Position numbers and translations under genes: made by a program
The notes under the pieces: model-generated
What the model was told of the DNA's origin: nothing
The model's database searches: none
What the model saw: the letters and a program-made list of their open reading frames with translations, nothing else
Shown here: positions 28,501 through 41,529 of the stretch, piece by piece
Position numbering within the stretch: the stretch's first letter is position 1
Layout of the letters: each line of letters opens with the position of its first letter
Source of the DNA: Tubiluchus corallicola
Lineage: Eukaryota; Animalia; Priapulida
Reading direction: 5' to 3'
Assembly: GCA_030141605.1 (NCBI GenBank)
Contig: JAQGDQ010001016.1
Coordinates: 1-64,000, forward strand
Length of the DNA stretch: 64,000 bases

Positions 28501-29117
28501 TCACAAGGGAAGTGACAATCATGTAAAGGAAAGCACTGTGCTTTGCATTTATTACAATATTATAGGTAGCAAGAATCGCTTATCTATGGTAGCCATGTAA
28601 CTCAGTGTATCCAGTAAAAATGGCAGTGATTGTCAGGGCATTGACAACAACTTTGAAGAAATTGCATTTAGTAGAAGAGAATGTGATTGATGTCACGTTT
28701 ATCAAGACTCTTTAACAAAGTTCATTTCATGCTTAATTTTACATTCAATGAAGCCGTATTAGCCAAAATTTACTCTCATTTGTAAATACAAGAATATTAT
28801 GAATTGAGTCACACATCCCGCATAGTTACATAAAAATGTAGTTATTTTGTGATTTGACTGTGGGAATGTGTAAAGTTACTTCACCTATAAGATGATCGTG
28901 TGAGCCACAATGTCACATATCTGAGTAAGAATTTATTTCTCCTTTAACGCAGAATAATTCATACCACAAAGTGAGACTAACCTTTTCCGTTTGAGCCTGG
29001 AGAAGCTGTTGAGGACTGAGATTCTTTAGATTGACATAGAGTGTCAAAGCAAAGCAATGTAGTAAATGCAAACAAAAATGTAAACCGAAAACATCGAGCT
29101 GCATGCACTAATAGCAT
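25558..29117 (-). pseudogene. 3'-truncated copy (5' half only) of the S1 serine protease gene; catalytic His replaced by Gln
   Basis: Exons 28982-29117 (MLLVHAARCFRFTFLFAFTTLLCFDTLCQ...), 26035-26099 (ELPIEPR-ISGGENAGEREFPYM), 25558-25664 (VRILRPG...AGGFLFDDKHILTVAQIFK). Splice sites are intact, but no Asp or Ser exons follow before the LRR gene. Confidence 0.75.
26300..27810 (+). mobile_element. Fragmented CR1-type LINE (partial duplicate at ~34660-35080)
   Basis: Motifs NYRPVSLTS, F.K.FDSIPHKRLL, LVRPKLKYG, LENVQCRAVKMV, FKIRLD in broken frames. Confidence 0.7.
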
Positions 29118-30692
29118 TGTTTCTGAAACTGACAATTTGAAAGTTGAAAAATAATTAGTAAATAAATCAATGCCATAAGGATCTCAATGATATGATAGCA
29201 TCAATAACTAGTTACAGTGATTCCATTCACTGATCAAAGGAAATCAAATTTTTATGCCTAAACAAACTTACTTTGTAGTGCTCGCCATCTGTTAAAAAAG
29301 AGAAAAACAAATTTGAACATTTACTGTTTTCATTAATTGGAAAACGCATTTCAAAAACGCAGTTTAAAAAACACAAGGTCAACTTTCAAACACAAGGTCA
29401 ACTTTCAAACATAATAGGCAGTCCATATTTGAATAGTTACTTCCATTTCGCTTAAGTAGCTAGTGTTAAAAGCTAATTTAGTTACTGTACAAGCAGGTTG
29501 TGATAACAGACAAATTCAACAGGTGAGAATAATCTAAAAACTATGAACAAAGATTTAGTTTAAAAGAATTTAATTTCATTTCATTTAAGTGTTTTCTATC
29601 TCTGCATTTAATAGTTCATAATTTGGAAACCCGTTAAAGGACAGCAATTTGACCAGGTAGTCTACATTTCTTATTACAGGAAAAATACAAATTACCATAT
29701 TATTATTCAGGCAGCAATTGCATAATTAGGCATAATAAGTTAGAGAAAGTTATTTTACCATACGTACCTGTTGCCAAGAAATCTACTAGTTCCAAAAACA
29801 CTTAAAAAGTGGTTAAGCCTCATCACAAAGGTTTTCCATGCTTAAATAAACGATTCCACTGTTTTGTATGTTCAAACCACATTGTCTGAGATTTGGAACT
29901 TTGGAACAACGATTCTTTTCAAAAGAAAATTGAGAACGTGATTATTTAGGTTAAAGAATGATTGTTTCGTTCTATTTATATTTTGCAACTGCAGAACGAA
30001 TTTTTATTGCTGTATTCACGAAGAGTGTTTTCTTGTGCTGTAATAACTAGACTTTGCTAAGTTAATATAAGAAAATGTAACCATGCACCTTGTTGACCCT
30101 AACAGCCACTATGAGGATGATAATGGTGACTTTAATTTTGGACCAGATTTTCAGGTCCTGCAGCACCAAGTTTTCATTCTTCAACTGATTCATCATACGA
30201 AATACTTATAAAACACTTTGTTTCTTATCTTTTGAACATTAAAGGCTAACTGCTACACTTGGAAATGCCATCAGAACGTCTATGCCGTTCGTGACTTTAT
30301 TTCAGCATATAATCTGTAATATATATAATATATAATTTAGGTGTTTTATAATTTGGCCATAAAATTGCAGTTACTTTCACGAAACTATATTTTGTTTTTA
30401 GCTGAAGTGTTAATTGTTAGCATTTTAGTTTCAATTTTATTTCCATTTATGTTTTGCCAAGTGCATCTAGTGTATTTATCAAGCTTGTTTTCAGAAAGGT
30501 GCTTATAAACAAACATGCTTATTTAAAATATGAACTTTTTATAAAAAATTATTTATTTTAAATTCGCATATCACGTACACATTCTGTGGTAGGTTTGTTT
30601 ACAAAACTTGATAATCATAGAAAATTTTGTGTGAAAGCATTTGCCTTGAAAATTATAAAACCTTAAAAGTACTTTGCTATTACTTAGTCTGC

Positions 30693-33600
30693 TTAATGAC
30701 TAAAAAGTGCTGAGAACAACGTAATTATACAGATCATTGATGTAGAATGTACCACAGCTTTGTCAGATGCAGAGGTATATGCTGCAGATGGTATAAAACT
30801 TATATCTTTAAACATGAAGCCTGAATAAAATTGCTGTTCACTGATCCACTCCACATAATAGGCAATTCTTGGTCCCGCAATTACCGAAAAATCGTCATAC
30901 CCTTCACTTGGATCCTCAGATTTTACATTTCTCGATGTACCTTGATAAATGCCTATCACTTTCATTTGTACTGTGTCTAATACAAGTGGTCCACCAGAAT
31001 CACCCTACAAGAAGAAAATACAACAGTTTCGATTTGCAAAACGTCAATAAAAAAGTGTGCAAAATTGTAAGGGAATTCTAGTAGGCTTGGAGAGAGCATG
31101 CTGGCAACATTGAGACATGACAATATAGCGGAATATCCAGCTAGCATCTTGGTTATTAGAAAACTGCATGATGGGTCCAATTATTCTATGGTGAGACTTA
31201 TTGCAAAAAGTGTTAAATATTGAGACAATTAGCTACAACTTAAAGTTTACTATGCACATTGCTATATTATGTCCAGTGAAATTGCCTGTCACACCCACAG
31301 TATCAGTTGATAGTGAAACTCATTGAAAAAATAAGGTACACTCGTTTTATTAAATTAAAGTTAATACCTTTAAAGATTAAAATTTATAGCACCATATTAC
31401 GAACGAATCACGTGACAATCGCCAGCCAATCACAATCATTTGGCTGAACATATGACATTCTGAATTCTCCATGTTATGATGTCTTCCAATGCGCTGCTTT
31501 TTTCTAGATATTTTTAGAAGATTTTCACAGGTTGCTGATGTTAAATCCAGTATTAAATTCAAATTTAGCCAATTAAAAATACAGAAGGTGGTACAAACTT
31601 GCAATTTTCTCAAAAATTGTAAATAAGACATTTTACCAATTATCTGCCCACCGACATTCAAATTATTAATTTTATACCTGTATCTTGGTCAATAAATAGT
31701 AAAATTTTAAATAGCTACTTACAAGACCACCTATACGTCCTGGGTGATGTGCACAGATGTAGTGTACTGAAGAATAATTCGCGCAACGCCCTCCAGTAAT
31801 AACTGAGAAGGTCGCCTTCTGCAAATGCTCATAATTTTTAGAGGGTCTATCTGAAATACGAAAGTGCCTAGTAATGTGATACTCATGGTAAAGAATAAGT
31901 AGATTTTCAAACAATATTGACACATGTATACTATGTCAAGTAAGCTTTAAAAGCAAATAAAATGCAGCAACACAGACCCACTGCGTGACTTAGCTCCTGT
32001 ATAACAATAAAACTGGCAGCCCTAAAAATACTCTTCATCAGCATTAATCAACTAAAAATATTATATCTTTAATCAACCAAATTATTACAAATTCAACGCA
32101 CCACTCCATATATCAGATCCCCATCCTACAAGAGTAATATCTTGGTTAACGTAACTCATATTAAGGTCACACACAGGTGTTTTAGCAGGTCGAACATCAT
32201 CATTAATCTCAACTGGTGCGTTCAGTCGTGCAAAAGCAATATCATTGATGCCAGTTCCCATTATATATGAAAAATGTTCATGCCTTTTATACCAGTGAAT
32301 CTGTAATTTCACAAAAACTATTAAAATTAAGAAAGTGCTGTCTCACACTAGTCTCACACTAGTCTGACGTGGGCATTAGTAAAAATGATTAAATATGATA
32401 GACAAAAAAATAAAGTTTGATATTCATGCCACAAAGTACGAATGTAACATATGAGAACATTATTAGTGATAGTCTACAGGGATTTAGCTCCTCGGGTCTA
32501 TAAGAGTTTGTTGCATTTTACATGGGTTCAGTTCATGAGAAAGTGCTCTCATTAAGCACGATAAAACTATATTTAATAATTTCTTAGGTTTCCGCTCCTC
32601 GTACAATAGAGTTACTAATTCTTCTAATTCACTTTGGCGTTAAGTCTACTCTATTTTTATGGAGCCATTGATGTTTTAGGAATGAGAAGACCATAATTGT
32701 CTATGCTGGAATTCTGTACATTTCTATTGGTCTGTAGCAAGCAGGCGATCAAAAAAGAAGTGTGGACGATCACATCAGAGGGGTGTTTTTTGTATTTTTG
32801 TCCAAGTTAATCACTTACATATACTTTTTAAACAAAATACAACGAATCAGTAACCGAGTACTGTACCACCCGTATAGAAGAGCACATAATTTTCAATCAT
32901 TCAGTTGTGTCTGTGTTTAAGCCTGTTCTCACACAGCAGCAGAAAACCCATTCACCAAATGTGACTTAGTGTAAGTATGCAGTGCCTTAATGAGCTAAAT
33001 TGTTTCGTATCTATCAGTCGAAACTATTGTACTAAACTTTGATCAATCTCTGGTGGCTTGTAATGCAAAAGATACATGATCTCACCTGTACAACCCATCA
33101 CGTGGTTTATAAAAAATAAGTTTCTAACACCATATACTACCATATACTCCATATATTATAGATATTTATGTGATGGAAGATAAATCATACATAGCGGAAC
33201 TGACTTGGTGTACGAAAATCGTTGCTTCCAAGACATACAACTAAGTGTGGTCCTGATGGTATGTCACTGCAAAACAGAGATAATTGTCTATAAACAATCA
33301 TGTTTTGGACGCCTCAGTGCAAATACAGTAACGACTCAACTTTCTTAATAATTCACAAAGATAGCAAATCCAAGTATCGAAGAACATTATTCATTTTATT
33401 CAACTAACTTTCATCCACATTTTATTCTTAATCCTTGTCATTCAAGTTAGCTGATTAGAAAGTGGGAAGTAAACTGAGCAAACTGAAGTAACCTGAGTTT
33501 TAAAGTTACTTTGGCAAAATCACATTTTTGGCTGAATATGCATGATCAAAAACACATAAATGTTAACGCGACTTGGCAGCAAGTTCTATATAGCTGTTAC

Positions 33601-36571
33601 GTCATTCAGTTATTTGGTTTGTTATTCTGCACCTAGTAAGCAATCAGTGTTCCTTAATAGGAACATCCCAAAAATATATACCGCTGTTCTACTAAGCCTT
33701 TTTTCAATACAAATACACATTCACAAGCACATCTACATATAGACAGTTATTCCCACATACATGCACATGTCTGTTTAGTTGTGTAGACAGCATTCAGCAG
33801 TTATTATAGAAATGCTAACCAACTTTCTTGAAAATACTTGTGAAAATACTGATTTTGTGTACAAAATTAAATCTTTTTTCGGCCTTTTGTTTCACACATC
33901 CAATGAGTTTGCATACTCACTCTTTAAAAATGTGAGCTACTGTTAGAATATGTTTGTCGTCGAAAAGAAATCCTCCTGCTGTAATTTCAAGCGATTTATT
34001 GATAAAACCAGGACGAAGAATCCTAACCTTCAAGAACAAATACACAAATAGTTACTAAAACTGTTGCCTTGCATCTTAAATTTCTATATTAAAAAAAGGC
34101 AAGAAGTTAATGTTAAAAGTAGAAAATTTAATCTGTTGTACAAAACGATGTTTTGGTTTTTCACGAAGAATTTTCAACTTTGAACAAGAAATTTGAACAA
34201 ATGTGGCTTTTCAACTCCATGTTTCCATGCTGCCACAATACTGCCATAAATGTAATAACCTTGTGACTATCAAATTAAATCGAACATATAAATAATTTGA
34301 CGTTAAATATGAAAGGTGATTTAAACTCAGCAAAATTAAAAAAACAAAACAGCACAAGTTTATTTTTGCAAAAAAAAACAAATTTAAACACGCACCATGT
34401 ATGGAAATTCCCGCTCCCCTGCATTTTCTCCACCATGAATTCTTGGTTCAATAGGCAACTCTGCAACAAATTTTCCAATTTACTCATAGACAAAAACAGA
34501 ACAAATATTTACCACTAAACGTCCAGGTGTGCATCTGGACCTAAAAGGCTTTGTTGTATAAGGCGATGGTGTACGTCTTGATAAATTGCAATTCGCTTTT
34601 ATCAGAGGAAAATCTTTGGATTTGCTTTAAGTCTAACAAACTGAAAACAAATTATAACTGATGAAGACGGTATGTTCCCAATGTTTTTAAAAGTCGCAAG
34701 CTCAGAACTAGCCAAACCACTGTTCCTACTTTTTCTTTGATCAATGGACAAAGAAAACTATCTCAAGTTTGGAAGTTCACCAGCACTCAAGAAGGGAAGT
34801 AAAATTTATAACAACTATAGACCACTAAGCCTAACATCAAACTATGTAAAGCATTAGGGAAAATTATCTGGAAATGACAGATACAGCACATCAAAAGCAA
34901 AATATCAAGAACACAATGCGGATTTAAAAAAGGCAAGTCTGTATCAGACAACTATAAGATGACATCAATTTATGAACCAAAATAATCAGTTGTGGAGCTT
35001 CACTTGACACAATCTATTGAAATTTTGCAAAAAGATTTAATTCCATCCTTCACAAAAGACTTACTAAAGTGACTAGACTATATTAAGTGTAATGACGGAA
35101 TACTGATTGGCTTAAATGAAATGGAGATTGTTTGGGTTCTATCACGACAAACAAACAAAGTCAGTCAAGTACTGCTCAGTACAATATTTTAATGTTCGTG
35201 CACCATCATCATAGCGCATGCCTCTTCGTCATTTTACTTCATATTTGACATATATTGAGACGCCATTTATTAAAATGATACATTCTATCTGGAATTATAA
35301 TTACATTACAGTATACAGCGTTGGAAGAAGCTATAATAGGTATCTTAAAACATTATTTTTAAATGAGTTCTTAACCTCTAATTTTTGCATTTTCCTTTAG
35401 ATCTACAATGCAACCATATTTAAATCTTAAATTTACTCGACTGTTATTTACATGTTTATTTACTGTTATGTGCAGGACATTACAATTTTTCTCACAAATT
35501 TTAATTTTTGACCACCTATTAAATAATTCGTAGGCATATTATGCCACAAAAATACATTAACAATTTGACGCTTTCATTTTGTCTAAATATTTTTCTATAA
35601 GCAGTGTTCCATTTTACCCTAACGGCATTCACTTTATTGTTTGATATGCCCCCAATTTCGCATCCCTATAATAAAATGGGTTCACAATATGTATTGACCA
35701 GAGATTTACCTACTGTGCCACTACGATTAAGGCCCATACGTGAGAAAATATTGTTCACAGAACTAATAACTTTCCTTTTTAACTTAGAAACAAAAATAGA
35801 AAAACTTGTCAAAATATCGCAACCTAAATGCTTTACTGTCTGTTTCCAGATCAGTTGTCCAGTAAAGCTTTTGCCAAAGTAAAGAAGCCACGTTTTGTTA
35901 GGATTAAATGAGATACTCCATTTTATACCATATTTTTCACGATTTTAAGCATTTTACGTAAGTGTCTACATGACCCTGACAACAAGGCAATGTCATCAGC
36001 ATACATGACAGTGTCTACAAAATTATCTATGGTATATCTATGATAGCCATGTAACTCTGTATATCCAGCGAAAACGGCAGTGATTGTCAGGTCATTGACA
36101 ACAACTTTGAAAAAATTGCATTTAGTAGAAGAGAATGTGATTGATGTCATGTTTATCAACACCCTTTAACAAAATTCATTTCATGCTGTATTTTACGTTC
36201 AATGAAGCCGTATTAGTCAAAATTTTACTCCGATTTGTAAATACAAGAATGTTATGAAACGAGTTACATCGCGCCTAGTTACATAAAAATGTAGTTATTT
36301 TGTGATTTGACTGTGAGAATGTGTAAAGTTATTTCACCTATAAGATAATTATGTGAGCCACAATGTCATATATCTGAGTAAGTATTTATTTCTATTTTAA
36401 CGGCAGAATAATTCATACCACAAAGTGAGACTAACCTTTTCCGTTTGAGCCTGGAGAAGTCGTTGAGGACTGAGCTTCATTAGATTGACATAGAGTGTCA
36501 GAGCAAAGCAATGTAGTAAATGCAAACAAAAATGAAATACGAATACACCGAGCTGCATGCGCTAATAGCAT
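30693..36571 (-). CDS. S1 family (trypsin/chymotrypsin-fold) serine protease, 7 coding exons, ~340 aa, signal peptide and putative GPI tail
   Basis: Exons 36436-36571, 34396-34460, 33921-34027, 33191-33266, 32102-32300, 31723-31850, 30693-31004 (1023 nt; phases 1,0,2,0,1,0 all compatible). Activation site PR-IHGG; ILTVAH (His), NDIAFARL (Asp), LVGWG, GDSGGPL (Ser); hydrophobic C-terminus SMICIITLFSALFSH*. A small extra pro-region exon cannot be excluded. Confidence 0.85.
35400..36080 (-). mobile_element. LINE reverse-transcriptase fragment
   Basis: MYADDIALLS motif with downstream degenerate RT-like frames. Confidence 0.6.
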
Positions 36572-39500
36572 TGTTTCTGAAACTGACAATGTGAAAGTTG
36601 AAAAATAATTAGCAAATAAATCAATGCCATAAGGATCTCAATGATATGATAGCATCAATCACTAGTTACAGTTATCAGTTATGCCTAAACAAACTCACTT
36701 TGTAGTGCTCGCCATCTGTTAAAAAGGAGAAAAAAAATTGAAAATTTAGTGTTTTCATTCATTGGACGAATCAGTAATTCAAAACGCAATTGGAAAAACA
36801 CAAGAAGGTCAACTTTCAACAAGAAAAAACTGAATATCCTTAACGTTTTTTTCTTTATAGATTTGTGAAAAAATCTTAAACATCGAAGTGGAACTGATGC
36901 CCCAATCGCCATCAACAGATTCTCCATAAAACATATTTAAATTCATGTGATTTGACATCAGTCATTCTAAAATTGCTTAGGGAGAAGAAAGCATAATACG
37001 CAGCCCGTATTTGAATAGTTTCTTCCATTTCGCTTAAGTAGCTAGTGTTAAAAGCTAATTTAGTTACTGTACAAGCAGTTTGTGATAACAGACAAATTCG
37101 TTTCATCAGACAAGAATAACCTAAAAACTGTGAACAAAGATTTAGTTTAAAAGAATTTAATTTCATTTAATTTAAGTTTTTTTTATCTCCACAGTTAATA
37201 GTACATGATTTAGTAACCCGTTAAAGGACAGCAATTTGACCAGGTAGTCTACATTTCTTATTATAGAGAAAACACAAATTACCATATTATTATTATTCAG
37301 GCAGCAATTGCATAATTAGGCATAATAAGTTAGAGGTAGTTATTTTACTATACGTACCTGTTGTCACGAAATCTACCAGTTCCAAAAACACTTAAAAAGT
37401 GGTTAAGCCTCATCACAAAGGTTTTCCATGCTTAAATAAACGATTCCACTGTTTTGTATGTTCAAACCACATTATCTGAGATTTAGAACTTTAGAATAAC
37501 GATTTTTTTTTCAAAAGAAAATTGAGGACGTGATCATTTAGATTAAAGAGAGATTGTTTCGTTCTATTTATATTTTGCAACTGCAGAACGAATTTTTTGC
37601 TGTATTCACGAAGAGTGCTTTCCTGTGTTTTATAACTGGACTTTGTAGTAGAACGTAAATATGAAATAAGATGGTGACTATATTATCTAAGTAGTATCAT
37701 AGGAAATGTCTATGATTTTGACCATAATTGGTACTGCTAAAAGCTATGCTGATGTTTTTGAAGATGATGATTGATGTAGATTATATTGTAACGATGCAAT
37801 GACAGCGTAGTTATTTGCAATAGTCTGCATTAGTCGTTCTCTCACATGTTGGAAGCCGAGTGGTCCAGTGCCATCAGTGATGATGAAGAACATTTCAACA
37901 GACGTCTGTTGCATATCAGGTTTACAAAGACAAACAAGCAACTTCGTACTAGACCTAACTATCACAAGGGAGTGGTGGTGGGAGGGGGTGAAAAAGGCAT
38001 TTCTTCATTCTAAGAAGAAGTTTATGACAACATTTAAGGAATCGTTTAGTCATTTTATCAGCTCATCATCAATGTTGGTAATTGCATTAAAGATGGGTAT
38101 TGTTGTCTAATGAAATACGTAAATGGCAAAAGATTGTTTGCTTGTCCTGATAGCTAATGATTGCATTTGAATGGTCATTGGGTAGATATTTTGAATAATT
38201 ATTGTGGTAAATTGAAATAATGCTAATAGCTCTCCTATCTTTTTCATGTCTCTGTTGAGCTCTAAGAATTTCTCCTTTAGCCTAGGGTGAGTTTTTGGTA
38301 TATGCAACAACGTATATTTCTATAATATATTGCTTACGATGAATAAAATAAAAAAACTAGACTATTTGAAATTTGTTAAATTTTCAGCAGAGTGTAGTGC
38401 CGTGTTTATCAAAGTTTTATAAATATAATAAATGCAGGCTAGAAAATTTTAAAATAAGCTTATAGGTCGCGATAATTATCTGACGAAACTTATGGATTAA
38501 ATTTAAATGTTGAAACAAAATTTACGTATTTACTTGATGTGCTCTCTTTATTTTATTTATTAATAAAATATAGATGCACAAACTGAAGGTATACATTTCA
38601 TAATTATAACAAAAAAATTAATCTTAGTAGAAAACTTGCTTCTCGTTTTCCTACGCCTAAATGGAAAATAATCCCTCCAAAGCACATTAATTAGATTCAG
38701 AATGTTTCGAATTACTAAATTTTAGCAAATTGACATTTTAACTTTTGCTTATTTTTCAGAAAAAAACACAAAAAAATAAATTACAGAGCAGTTAATTAAA
38801 GCCAATTTACCTTTTGCGCAAGAGTATTTCAAGTTGCGTGAAAATTTCCAACACTTTGCATTATTTGAAGGGGCGGGTAGAAAAATTTCATATAGGCTCC
38901 ACATTAAGACATATAGTCAACTGCTGAGGTTTCATAACGCCCCTCACAACAAACGTCTGATTTGAAAATTTTATATGATCATATATGTGAGTGTAGAATT
39001 GCTGTAGATTTCTATTAATTATGGACGTGAAACCTAACTGCCTATATGCTGGAGAAACGGCAAGCAAGGGAATCGAGTTTCAACTCATATAAGTTCAGAA
39101 AAAATTAACTTATTGGAAAGATGCATGAGTTTATTATGTTATGCCTGCAATTTAATTGGAATCCGTCTCGGTCAACCATAGAAAAATCTAGAAATAGTTC
39201 ACATGAATTGCATAGTAGCAGTAACATGACGGCAGATCATGTGGAATCATTGGAGATACAGGGTGAGCTAAACTGCATCAATGGTTGATTGAAGAAATTA
39301 AACGGACATCCTAATCCTCAGCTTTGGATACGAATCAAAATCTAAGATACATTGTAGCTGTCTTTGTGGACCTTGTCTCAAAATTTCATTAATTTTGCAT
39401 TTGCAAGATTACTAAGATTACAATAAACTTTTCTTGATAAGCTTCCTCGTAGCTCACTGTATTAATTACTGTAGCACGTTGTTCTCTAAATTGTGGTTCT

Positions 39501-39762
39501 ATGCAGTAAAGTGTTACCAGCAAACTCTTTGTAGTTAAAATTATTTAAAATATATAATAATAATAACAATATAATAACAGTAAATATATTCAGTTAAATA
39601 TCATCGAAAATTTTATTATTAAATATGTAAAATCCACATTTTGCATATACATTCTATGATAAATTTCTTTCAGGAAAGCAACAATTATAGAAGACCAGTG
39701 TGGAAATTTTTACTTCAAAATACCACACAAGAAAATTCTAATATTTACTCTGCCTTTTTTAA

Positions 39763-41324
39763 TCATTGAAGCATTAGAAGGCTTGAAGAAAATGCTGATA
39801 ACAATATAATTGTAGAGATCGCTGTTCTCTCGTGTTCCCGAGCTCTGATAGATGCACAGTTAGATGTTGCATATATGTCAAAACTTTGATCTCCAAACGT
39901 CATGATTGAATGACCCTGCTGAACATCAAGCCATTCTGTATAATGGGCAAGTCTCACAGAGAATTCATTGTACCCTTGTTCTGCTTGATCTATGAATGCT
40001 GGATCTTTATGAACGGTTTGAAATATCCCAATCACTTCCCTTATTTGTGTGCTTATTATAAGTGGTCTACCCGAATCTCCCTATAAGAAGAAAAATACAA
40101 AATTATTTTTAACATTGAATTACAAAAGTCAATTACACATTCGCTGCATATTTAAATTTGTAAAATGCTAAAACATTTTATAGGACATTGGTAGGCATAC
40201 TTGAAATTTCACCTCCATATTTACATCCACATTTAAAACTTCTTGCTCATTATTAAGTGATATTAACCAATAATGCAATAAACAACACACACACACACAC
40301 ACACACACACGCACGCGCGCACGCACCCTCACACACACATCATCAACGATCTCCAAACCTCCAAAAAAGCAAACAAACTCACAAGTGACCTCCTAGAAAC
40401 TACAACCACCTAGCCTCACTATTTTTAGAACAAAAGAAATTATGTTTCACAAAAAAATTCGCTTACATATGGTACTTAGTAAGTAATATGATACCCGAAA
40501 AAACTGAGGGCAAATACCAGTGATTACAAATCATAGTCATATTAATAACGTATATATAGTTTCAGGGCTTATGGGGGTTATTTGGAAAATCTATGTAGCC
40601 CTCTCCCCCCACCCCACCCCCTCCCCGATTTGTCCATAGCGATATAATTTGCGGTTACAAAGTATATGTATATGTATATATTCATGTCATACGTTTTTTA
40701 TTTTGTAAACAAACGTTGTTATTTTCTGATTGCTACCCAGTTAAGGAATTGTGTAATTTTTTTCTTCAACAAATTTATTACTGGTGCTGCTAATACTTAC
40801 GTAGCCACCTATGCGCCATGGGTGATACGCACAGATGAAAAGTTTTAGATCATGTAGCTGACAATCGCCTTGATCAGTGACTGTGAAAGTCGCCTTCTGA
40901 AAGTGATCATGCGGCATTCCTGGCGTGTCTAAAATATGAAGTTGATTTATTAATAAAAAATATTATGATGTTAGAAAAATCAACAAGTACAGTAACCATG
41001 CTGATAAAAACTAATAACATCACTTTGTTCAAGCTTTAAAATTAGTTCTCACATTACATCAACTGGGTTGTAATTTTGTCACTTTAACTAACTCTTAAAT
41101 TATTATAAACTTTACATACGACTCCATAAATCGCTTCCCCATCCTACTAAAGTAATTTCTTGGTTAATGTAACTAATATTGTAGTCACACAAAGGTATTT
41201 TTGCAGGTTGAACATCATCATTCACTTCAACTGGCTGATTCATTCGTAAAAAAGCAAGGTCATGTTTGGCACACATTCCTGGTCGTTTAAATTGAAATTT
41301 TTCATGCAAGTTGTACCAGTGAAT
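39763..41324 (-). pseudogene. Paralogous S1 serine protease, last three exons only (5' exons not found); active-site motif GDSGRP
   Basis: Exons 41120-41324 (IHWYNLH...HDLAFLRM...LVGWG), 40801-40928, 39763-40080 (GDSGRPL...hydrophobic tail). Same intron positions and phases as the 30693-36571 gene; a BEL/Pao relic lies directly upstream. Confidence 0.7.
40285..40340. repeat. (CA)n microsatellite
   Basis: Direct inspection. Confidence 0.9.
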
Positions 41325-41529
41325 CTTCAGTAACAAAAATCCCTGAATTTAAGAAAGTTTTGCATTTGATCAATACTTAGCCTGACAACAGATGTTAGAA
41401 ATAATTAAATGCAAATGCCATTTCAACCGAATGAAAATTTCTTGCAGAAGGGAGCTCAAAAACAGTAAAGCCAAAACAATTTACGTACACAAAATTTTAC
41501 TGCTCGATTTGTAAGAACGCCTTAGCTAA

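Larger units (their letters stand above)
25279..37646. repeat. Dispersed direct duplication 25279-30057 vs 33652-37646 (5' half of the protease gene plus upstream region)
   Basis: Shared from 'ccttaataggaacatcccaaaa' (25279/33652) to 'ataact.gactttg' (30057/37646); differs by internal TE-derived blocks. Confidence 0.9.

Noticed and set aside
34505-34640. Additional protease pro-region exon
   Set aside because: Candidate AG/GT pairs give stops or incompatible phase in both duplicated copies.
37740-38310. Short minus-strand ORFs as a host gene
   Set aside because: Broken frames with no recognisable motif or splice pattern; probably an unclassified TE relic.
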